Source of the DNA: Octopus sinensis
Lineage: Eukaryota
Length of the DNA stretch: 64,000 bases
NCBI RefSeq assembly: GCF_006345805.1
Contig: NW_021835990.1
Span: forward strand, 366,824-430,823
Reading direction: 5' to 3'
This document shows, piece by piece, positions 23,422 through 33,469 of the stretch; within the stretch, counting starts at the first letter, position 1, and every line of letters begins with the position of its first letter. The position numbers and the translations under genes were made by a program. The notes below the pieces were generated by a model, which saw nothing but the letters and a program-made list of their open reading frames with translations, was not told the origin of the DNA and did no database searches.

Positions 23422-24499
23422 CATCATCCATTTTTCATAATAAGAGATTACACCCAAAGGAATACACGTCCGGGGGTAATTTCCTATTGGGATGTGCAGA
23501 TAGCGACAATGTTCAGTCAACTCCTTTCAAATAAATACAAATCAATACATTTAGTGTTTTTTTCAATTAAAAAAATATCGAATCATTGTCCTAGCTCCCA
23601 CACGCTGCCAATCCAAGACAGAAAAAAGAGATGGACTGGTGATTGAACCATACTAAACAACCTATCCTGTGATTTGATATTAACTACGGGTATGTTCTCT
23701 AAAAAAGGAAATGTTTCATGAAGCCGCTTTTTCTCTAAAAATGGCAGGAGTACTTATAAACCTGAACAAGACTGTATTACAAGACAACAAAGAGATTTAG
23801 ACAACGCGGAGATGGATTTGTTCAAAGAGCGAGAAACCTTATCCATTGAAGTCTCCGCTTTTACGGTAAAAACAAAGTCAGGAAAGTCATTTGTCGACTC
23901 ATTCAAATTCTCTGATCTTACAAAAATCAACAATCGACCACAAACCTAACCGAGGAGTAAATATCAGAAAAATTGGGCAGTTGAAATGATTTTCCTTTAT
24001 CGACGACATATATTTCAGCAGTCGACAACGAAACATTGAAAAAAACCTACAACCTGTTTAGTCTTTCTAAAAAGATGTAAAAAACGCTGTGAATTAGGCA
24101 TCTATTAAATTGTTTTGGGTGTATTTTGGGTTTTTTTATTTGACGATTAGTCTGTGAATTAGGCATCTATTAAATTGTTAATTAGTTTTAATGATTTTAT
24201 TGTTTTACGACATGTATGTTGACTAGCAGTGATTTTCTAGATGTATGCTATTATGTCGCGTCCCACACGAGCTACCCATCCCATGGTGGTTACATGTCAC
24301 CTGTCAATAAATAATAATGCCTGTCATGGTGACTGTCAAATTTAATAATTAATTTAATTGCATTGATTTTTAATCAATAATCGTTTCAACAATAAAAATT
24401 TATTAAAATAAAGCGTCTACGTTTTTTTAACTTGATTCATATTAACTATTTTAGACTTCCCTGAACTTGTTTTAATCTGTTAAATAAAATAATAATAAA

Positions 24500-25400
24500 A
24501 TAGACCTCTAGTCGATTGTTTGACAAAATTTGAACAACTTCAGCAGGTTCTCCATATGGGGATTCAAATCGGTTTAGCCTTAGGGAAGGATTTGTCCCAA
24601 AATCCTTTAGAACTCTAACCTAACAATTATTCACTAAAAATACTCCGCTCCCAATTGAAAAATCGTATTTCGATTGATGAACATTCATTTTTTTATTCAT
24701 GCGTTTAAAATATGGTGAATTTAAATTAGGTGGAGTAAAATTCAATATAAAATCACTAGCATACAAGTTTTCTAGCATATGTTATTCAAAATTTACCTGA
24801 AACATCTAGAATATTTTCTACATCCATATCCTCTGATGATACATGATAAAAATCATCCGAACACTCACTTTCTTTGAAATTAAAAAAATTAAAAAAACTT
24901 TTATCATCATGAATGACGGTGTTTATACCAGAAACTCCTCTTTGTTTTTTAAATGGTGTTTCATTTATAGAAGAATGAATAGTCGTGTTATATGTAAAAG
25001 TGCTTCGTTTAATAAATTGGATCCAGTTTTTAGTTGATTCTTCACTCATCAGCTTTGAAAGATTTCGTGTTAAAGTTTGATTAAATCTTTCCACGATACC
25101 CTGAAACAGATAAATATTGTGTCATTACTTGTGATTGAGGATGATTTGGTCTTCCGTAAATATGTTGGATTTTGTTTTTCGTGCAAAAAGAATCGAGATA
25201 TTTATTCCTAAACTCAGTTCCATTATCTGTTTGTAGAATCTCGCAAAAGCCGATTTCTGAACAAATTTCTTCGAAAGCCTCACAAATATCTAAATTCCAA
25301 TATAAAACATAAATATACTTATTGCAGATTTATTTTTAACTCCTTTACAAATGGCATACTTACTGTAAACATCAATGAAGGTAAATTTGACTATAGTATG
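24500..25400 (-). pseudogene. Integrase/transposase core and GPY/F-like tail with micro-introns; first catalytic D missing
   Basis: FIDVYSKY..KNKSA, intron 25290-25318, ILQTDNGTEF..GRPNHPQSQ, intron 25101-25128, GIVERFNQTL..YNTTIHSSINETPF, then FSIG..VRVLK..RFESPY. Confidence 0.88.
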
Positions 25401-25454
25401 ATATTCTGAGATATTTTTTACAAAACCTATTATCTTAATAATAAAATGGTATGG

Positions 25455-25501
25455 TGTGTGTCTGTCTGTCTGTCTGTCTGTGTGTCTGTCTGTCTGTCTG
25501 T
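25455..25501 (+). repeat. (GTCT)n/(GT)n microsatellite near the Helitron 5' end
   Basis: gtgtgtgtctgtctgtctgtctgtctgtgtgtctgtctgtctgtctgt. Confidence 0.95.
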
Positions 25502-25630
25502 GCACACCCACATTCAAATTGTTACAAACCAGATCAAATTGTCAAAACCTTCCCTTTTGTAGTTATTCGATAATGAGGCACAATAAAAGGTTGATATCCT
25601 CTAAGAACCTTCCTGTCAAAAAATTTTAAT

Positions 25631-28600
25631 AAGAAAGAATATCCTCGATGATGAGGTCCCCCAAAACCTTCAAGTCAATTTTCTGCGTTTTTGTTAAAAT
25701 GAACAACAAGAAAGTCCTCGACTCACATGATGTGGTCCCCCAAAACCTTCAAGCCAAAAAATTAAAAAAATTATTTTCTGCGTTTTTGTTAAAATGAACA
25801 ACAAGAAAGTCCTCGACTCACATGATGTGGTCCCCCAAAACCTTCAAGCCAAAAAATTAAAAAAAATTATTTTCTGCGTTTTTGTTAAAATGAACAACAA
25901 GAAAGTCCTCGACTCACATGATGTGGTCCCCCAAAACCTTCAAGCCAAAAAATTAAAAAAAATTATTTTCTGCGTTTTTGTTAAAATGAACAACAAGAAA
26001 GTCCTCGACTCACATGATGTGGTCCCCCAAAACCTTCAAGCCAAAAAATTAAAAAAAATTATTTTCTGCGTTTTTGTTAAAATGAACAACAAGAAAGTCC
26101 TCGACTCACATGATGTGGTCCCCCAAAACCTTCAAGCCAAAAAATTAAAAAAAATTATTTTCTGCGTTTTTGTTAAAATGAACAACAAGAAAGTCCTCGA
26201 CTCACATGATGTGGTCCCCCAAAACCTTCAAGGTAAAAAATTAAAAAAATTATTTTCTGCGTTTTTGTTAAAATGAACAACAAGAAAGTCCTCGACTCAC
26301 ATGATGTGGTCCTCCAAAACTTTCAAGCCAAAAAATTAAAAAAATTATTTTCTGCGTTTTTGTTAAAATAAACAACAAGAAAGTCCTCGACTCACATGAT
26401 GTGGTCCCCCAAAACCTTCAAGCCAAAAAATTAAAAAAAATTATTTTCTGCGTTTTTGTTAAAATGAACAACAAGAAATTCCTCGACTCACATGATGTGG
26501 TCCCTCAAAACCTTCAAGCCAAAAATTAAAAAAAATTATTTTCTGCGTTTTTGTTAAAATGAACAACAAGAAAGTCCTCGACTCACATGATGTGGTCCCT
26601 CAAAACCTTCAAGCCAAAAAATTTAAAAAAATTATTTTCTGCGTTTTTGTTAAATGAACAACAAGAAAGTCCTCGACTCACATGATGTGGTCCCCCAAAA
26701 CCTTCAAGCCCAAAAATTAAAAAAAATATTTTCTGCGTTTTTGTAAAAATGAACAACAAGAAAGTCCTCGACTCACATGATGTGGTCCCCCAAAACCTTC
26801 AAGCCAAAAAATTAAAAAAATTATTTTCTGCGTTTTTGTTAAAATGAACAACAAGAAAGTCCTCGACTCACATGATGTGGTCCCCCAAAACCTTCAAGCT
26901 AAAAAATTAAAAAAATTATTTTCTGCGTTTTTGTTAAAATGAACAACAAGAAAGTCCTCGACTCACATGATGTGGTCCCCCAAAACCTTCAAGCCAAAAA
27001 ATTAAAAAAAATTATTTTCTGCGTTTTTGTTAAAATGAACAACAAGAAAGTCCTCGACTCACATGATGTGGTCCCCCAAAACCTTCAAGCTAAAAAATTA
27101 AAAAAATTATTTTCTGCGTTTTTGTTAAAATGACCAACAAGAAAGTCCTCGACTCACATGATGTGGTCCCCCAAAACCTTCAAGCCACAAAATTAAAAAA
27201 AATTATTTTTTGCGTTTTTGTAAAAATGAACAACAAGAAAGTCCTCGACTCACATGATGTGGTCCCCCAAAACCTTCAAGCCAAAAAATTAAAAAAAATT
27301 ATTTTCTGCGTTTTTGTTAAAATGAACAACAAGAAAGTCCTCGACTCACATGATGTGGTCCCCCAAAACCTTCAAGCTAAAAAATTAAAAAAATTATTTT
27401 CTGCGTTTTTGTTAAAATGAACAACAAGAAAGTCCTCGACTCACATGATGTGGTCCCCCAAAACCTTCAAGCTAAAAAATTAAAAAAATTATTTTCTGCG
27501 TTTTTGTTAAAATGAACAGCAAGAAAGTCCTCGACTCACATGATGTGGTCCCCCAAAACCTTCAAGGTAAAAAATTAAAAAAATTTTTCTGCGTTTTTGT
27601 TAAAATGAACAACAAGAAAGTCCTCGACTCACATGATGTGGTCCCCCAAAACCTTCAAGGTAAAAAATTAAAAAAATTATTTTTTGCGTTTTTGTTAAAA
27701 TGAACAACAAGAAAGTCCTCGACTCACATGATGTGGTCCTCCAAAACTTTCAAGCCAAAAAAAAAAAATTATTTTCTGCGTTTTTGTTAAAATAAACAAC
27801 AAGAAAGTCCTCGACTCACATGATGTGGTCCCCCAAAACCTTCAAGCCAAAAAATTAAAAAAAATTATTTTCTGCGTTTTTGTTAAAATGAACAACAAGA
27901 AAGTCCTCGACTCACATGATGTGGTCCCCCAAAACCTTCAAGCCAAAAAATTAAAAAAAATTATTTTCTGCGTTTTTGTTAAAATGAACAACAAGAAAGT
28001 CCTCGAGTCACATGATGTGGTCCCCCAAAACCTTCAAGCTAAAAAATTAAAAAAATTTCTTTTCTGCGTTTTTGTTAAAATGAACAACAAGAAAGTCCTC
28101 GACTCACATGATGTGGTCCCCCAAAACCTTCAAGCCAAAAAATTAATAAAAATTATTTTCTGCGTTTTTGTTAAAATGAACAACAAGAAAGTCCTCGACT
28201 CACATGATGTGGTCCCCCAAAACCTTCAAGCTAAAAAATTAAAAAAATTATTTTCTGCGTTTTTGTTAAAATGAACAACAAGAAAGTCCTCGACTCACAT
28301 GATGTGGTCCCCCAAAACCTTCAAGGTAAAAAATTAAAAAAATTATTTTCTGCGTTTTTGTTAAAATGAACAACAAGAAAGTCCTCGACTCACATGATGT
28401 GGTCCCCCAAAACCTTCAAGATAAAAAATTAAAAAAATTATTTTCTGCGTTTTTGTTAAAATGAACAACAAGAAAGTCCTCGACTAACATGATGTGGTCC
28501 CCCAAAACCTTCAAGGTAAAAAATTAAAAAAATTATTTCTGCGTTTTTGTTAAAATGAACAACAAGAAAGTCCTCGACTCACATGATGTGGTCCCCTAAA

Positions 28601-29086
28601 ACCTTCAAGATAAAAAATTAAAAAATTATTTTCTGCGTTTTTGTTAAAATGAACAACAAGAAAGTCCTCGACTCACATGATGTGGTCCCCCAAAACTTTC
28701 AAGCCAAAAAATTAAAAAAATTATTTTCTGCGTTTTTGTTAAAATAAACAACAAGAAAGTCCTCGACTCACATGATGTGGTCCCCCAAAACCTTCAAGCT
28801 AAAAAATTAAAAAAATTATTTTCTGCGTTTTTGTTAAAATGAACAACAAGAAAGTCCTCGACTCACATGATGTGGTCCCCCAAAACCTTCAAGGTAAAAA
28901 ATTAAAAAAATTATTTTCTGCGTTTTTGTTAAAATGAACAACAAGAAAGTCCTCGACTCACATGATGTGGTCCCCCAAAACCTTCAAGCCCAAAAATTAA
29001 AAAAAAATATTTTCTGCGTTTTTGTTAAAATGAACGACAAGAAAGTCCTCGACTCACATGATGAGGTCCTCCACAACCTTCAAGCC
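25631..29086 (+). repeat. Tandem array of about 36 copies of a 95-97 bp (modal 96) unit
   Basis: Unit ATGAACAACAAGAAAGTCCTCGACTCACATGATGTGGTCCCCCAAAACCTTCAAGCCAAAAAATTAAAAAAAATTATTTTCTGCGTTTTTGTTAAA. Length varies in the A-tracts. Confidence 0.98.
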
Positions 29087-29800
29087 TCGTGAGGCCATTA
29101 ATTAGCTTAGCTATCTTTTTTCGATGACATAAATTCTTTTTTGTTAAATTTTCGTTAAAAAAATAAAATAAAAGCTCTAATTGTTATCGACCATGAATAG
29201 ACTGTGCAATTATCAGATTTTGAAAACCACTAAAAAGGAAAAAGCAAAAATTATTAGAGATTTACATAATTGATTCTTTTTAACTGCCGAAACTGACAAA
29301 TTCGATTATGCTACTGTTTAGATTTCTTAAAAGATAGAGGCAAATAAAATTTAAATTAGTCATGTAAATTTCAATTTGCCTATATTTAAATCTCCTTGAT
29401 TTAACAGGCTTTAATTTTTTTCCTTATAATACTACAAAGATGAAGCTGATTATCATTTTCTTTACCGAAACAGACAAGTTCGATTATGCTAAAGTTTCAA
29501 TTCCTTTAAACATAGAGGCAATTAAGTATAATGGCTTTGATTGGATAATACACTTTACATAAATTTCACTAAATAAATTTACGTAGAAAATTTAATATAA
29601 ATTACTGATTCGCGTTTACAAAATCATAAGAATGTCCTATAAAGAGAGATCTGAGAATGTTAACAAACAAGAGAATATGAACCATATAACAAAAAAGAGA
29701 AACGAGGGAAGATGTGCTTAAATGGTGAGGGAACTTAGACAACAGCTGAACAAGGTCAGGACTGCTGTTAGACTCAACTACGGGTAATAGAATTATGCAT

Positions 29801-30610
29801 TCTAGGTTAATTGTTTGGGATGAATGTACGATGGCTCATAAAGGCGCATTCAAGCAGTTGACCGAACATATAGAGATATCAAGAATTGTAGCGACCATTT
29901 GTTTGGGGGAGCATTAGTTGTATTGGCAGGTGATTTTAGACAGACGCTGCCAATTATTCAAAGAGGGACGCCTGCGGATGAATTGAATGCCTGCCTCAAA
30001 TCGTCATATTTGTGGACACACGTGAAAAAGGTAAGCTTAGATGTAAATGTACATGCACATTTACAAGGCGTTAATAGCATATTCCCACAAATCCTTCTAG
30101 ATATTGGAAATGGGGCAATCACTTCAGAAATGCACGACCAGAAAATTAGGCTACCGGAAGAATTATGTATTTTCGTAGAAACAGCAGAAGAATTATTGAA
30201 TGCCGTCTATTCCGAACTATCTGAACACTACGTGAATTTCGACTGGCTGCGTGAACGAGCTATATTAGCTCCACTTAATGATGAGGTACTTAATATAAAT
30301 TTAGATTTATTAATGAAAATCCCTGGCAGAGAAAGAATATATAAATCGGTCGACGTTATTATGGACCATGAAAGGGCCTGCGATAGATTTAAGAGACTAC
30401 AATTTCCGCTGAAGATAACAAAGGCCCTATGACAATAAACAAGGCCCAGGGACAGTCTTTAAAGGTAGTAGGCTTATTTTTAGAGAACGAGTGCTTTTCA
30501 CATGGCCAGCTGTATGTGGGGTGCTCAAGGGTAGGTAGAAGAGAAATTTATTTATATTTGCCAAGGATGGACGGACTGCAAACATCGTTTATCCACAGGC
30601 CTTAGAATAA
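29801..30610 (+). pseudogene. Helitron PIF1-like helicase C-terminal remnant, internally deleted
   Basis: [72 protein letters not shown]. Confidence 0.92.
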
Positions 30611-31009
30611 GGTTATATCAAAGCAGGTCGCATTTATATATCTACATAAATTTATAGTTATTTAAGGAAACTGCGAGCGTAGCGAGCAGGGCCTCCGCAG
30701 GAGCTAGCTCGCAGTGAGCGAAGCGAACTGCTGAGCTAGTTACATATACAGGGGAATACATTTTAAAGAGGAAATGTTGAAAATTGAATAATAACGCTAA
30801 AAATATTAAATATGCCCACACGAGTAACGAATGATTAAACCACATTAATTATGACATCTGACAGCCAATGACCTCGTAAAAATGATTGATTGACAGGTGA
30901 CATGTAGCCAGCATGGGATGCGTAACCACCATGGGACGCGACATATTATGACATATTTCTCGTAAATAAAAGTCATTAATTTAGTTCCGCTTAAGATTAA
31001 AAGTAAACT

Positions 31010-31200
31010 TTCGGAGGCCTAAGAATTTATGCCCTCGCCTTCGAGACCACTTGCCTGGTCGTTATAAAAGCTGAAAAGTTGTTACGGCTGGTGGGCGAAA
31101 AAATCGCATCAAAGATCAATGACCGGAGAAGGACGAGCTGGCTCTTCCAGCGCGTCTCGGTCTCAATTTTCTGAGGGAACTACCTCTTCGCCGAACTGAT
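31010..31200 (+). mobile_element. CRE-clade extreme 3' fragment
   Basis: LAFETT..IASKINDRRRTSWLFQRVSVSI..GN matches the end of the CRE ORF at 2288. Confidence 0.75.
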
Positions 31201-31534
31201 CCTCAAATTATTATGAATCCTGCCAATGCCTGAAGCCAACTTAGATATTTCAAGTTCTTCATTCGAATCTCACTAATTAAAGTAATTAGTTACTCATATG
31301 CCATTGTGAAAGATTTGTGTCATCATCCATGATTTCACAAATTATTCTGTAAAGAAAACACGTTGGAAATAATATTTGTTAAAAAAACTCATCTTCATTG
31401 TGAGACTTTCAAACACGGGAATATGCGGAATTAATCTGACGGAATCGAAAGGCATTTTTAATATTTTTAATGTTCTACGTTGCATTACTAAACCCTGCGT
31501 GAAACGCATTTTTCTTTAGGTTTTGAATGATGAC

Positions 31535-33195
31535 TAGGGCAATTTTTTGCCTAAAATGCCTTTTTGCACCAAAAGGTCTATTTATTTAAATAATTAATTT
31601 AAGCTATAATTTAATTAAAATAGATTTATCTACAACGAGTTATAAATGCCTTAAATGCTTAAAAAATTGTTAAGGTCCTAAAAAATTTTTTTAAGGTCCT
31701 AAAAATTTTTTTAAGGTCTTAAAAATTTTTAAAATAAATTATTTTTAAATGTTACAAAAAAATATTTTAAAAATAACAAATTAGGCACGCTATAAATTAC
31801 TTTTTTGTGTTCAAATGCCACGTGTACGTTCTACAATAAAGTCTAAAGCTCTAAAAGCCTATGAAACTTACGTAAAGAATTCACAGTGATTAAAGGCAGT
31901 CTATATTGTAAAATATGTATGATCTACGTCAATGCATCAAAAAAATATTATATTGATCAGCATAGACAATCTACAAAACATCTAAAGCTTTTGAGTAATT
32001 TAAAATTATTTTTTTTAGATAACAATGAAGGATTCCAACAATCCTTAGATTCCCTATTCAACAATCCTTAGATTTTAGATCTCAAAAGATTTTTATGGTT
32101 GTTGACGAGGGTGACGTAAATGGACAGAAGTTTGTAGTTGTTCTCATTGGGAATATCGCTTATCCAGAGAAGACCTATTTAATTTCGTGTGAACCTTTAT
32201 ATGAATCTGTAACTGCTAACACAATTCTTCAGATTATCGATGAAGAGATTAAAAAATTCGAGATTATACGCAATAATTTTCTTCTTTTTCTTTCTGATGC
32301 AGCCCCGTATATGATTTTGGGTAGTTTGTTGAATTATTTTTAGCCGGAAAAACATTGAAAATGCTTTATCCTAGGATGTTCCATGTAACATGTGTTGCAC
32401 ATTTGTTACATAATTGCTGTCTCAGAGTAAAGGCGTATTATTCGGACGTTGATAATCTTATTGCGACTATAAAGACATCAATAGTGAAAAACAAAACTAG
32501 AAAAAAAATGTTTTCTACAATTGGTTATCCGCCCGACGTCATCATAACTAGATGGGGTAGTTGGCTGCAAGCAGCATACTATTATGCAAATAATTTTGTA
32601 TCAATTGCTGAAATTGTGGAGAATTTCAAAGACGACGGAATATTAGTTAAAAAAGTAAAACAAGCAATTGAATCGCCAACCTTAAGAAAAAGTCTAATGG
32701 AAATAAATGAAAATTATCAGATACTTAATCAAATATTGAAAAAAATGGAATCCACAAGTTATACAATAAATGATGCACATTCAGATCTTTGTTTGTTAAA
32801 ATTTCCGTCTGATAATGCAGAAATAAATGAATACATACAAAAAAGATTACACAAAAATGACATAGAATCAATTATAGAAATGGAGAAAAGTAATATCTCC
32901 CCTGAAGAATATGGACTAATAAGAAAATGTCAGTGTACATCATCAACCGTTGAAAGAGCATTTTCTATGCTTAAAAAATTAATTACTAAAGATAGAGGTT
33001 TCAATGCGGAAAATGTCAAAAATTATTTAATACCTTACTATAACAAATAATTTTTTACGACTTTTTGATTTAATACCTTATTAAAATGTGCCTAAAAATG
33101 TAGAATAAAGTCCTAAAAATTAAAAATAAAGTCCTAAAATGCCTATTTTTAAGGTCCTAAAAATAAATTTTAAGTGCCTGAAAAAAATTGCCCTA
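31535..33195 (+). mobile_element. Complete-ended hAT transposon, internally deleted and frameshifted
   Basis: 14-bp perfect TIR TAGGGCAATTTTTT; 8-bp TSD ATGATGAC (31527-31534, 33196-33203); GTCCTAAAA subterminal repeats. BED-like CKIC..QH..STKH, VVDE, SDAAPYM, HVTCVAHLLH, TRWGSW, TVERAFS. 23-nt intron at 32321-32343. Confidence 0.93.
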
Positions 33196-33469
33196 ATGAT
33201 GACACATCCCTATTAGGATTTGTAGAACGTGCCACATTATATTTAATGTCTTTTAATTCCAAATCGTAAGAAATTCTCAAATCCACGATATATTCCAAGG
33301 TAGGAATGATAACCAACTTGATTTAAAACAGAAGTCTTATCTAAGGTCTCTTTTTAACATGTTATCATACATACTGTATGCATGTAACATACAGGAATAT
33401 TCTGGTCGTCCAATGGGCAAGGACAATAAATAATTTCATTTCACTCGTTAATACTCACTTCTTTTTAAA

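Larger units (their letters stand above)
25433..30739 (+). mobile_element. Non-autonomous Helitron containing a satellite array and a helicase remnant
   Basis: A|TCTTAATAATAAAA 5' end followed by (GTCT)n, PIF1 helicase remnant, 3' hairpin plus CTAG|T, no TSD. The 5' end is inferred from pattern; the 3' end is strong. Confidence 0.68.
24254..30943 (-). mobile_element. Ginger/TDD-like DNA transposon (Gypsy-type integrase), non-autonomous, with a nested Helitron
   Basis: Termini TGTCGCGTCCCA (24254) and TGGGACGCGACA (30943). About 55-bp colinear imperfect TIRs (24254-24308, 30889-30943). 5-bp TSD TATTA (24249-24253 and 30944-30948). Internal integrase. Confidence 0.88.

Noticed and set aside
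23700-24060. LINE RT fragment (FIDDI)
   Set aside because: One short motif with poor flanking support; too degenerate to call.
25794-28274. Repeat-protein ORFs MNNKKVLDSHDVVPQ..
   Set aside because: A by-product of a 96-bp unit lacking stops in one frame; A-tract indels break the frame repeatedly.
25631-29086. CRISPR array
   Set aside because: Units are contiguous near-identical 96-mers with no unique spacers, there are no cas genes, and the context is eukaryotic.
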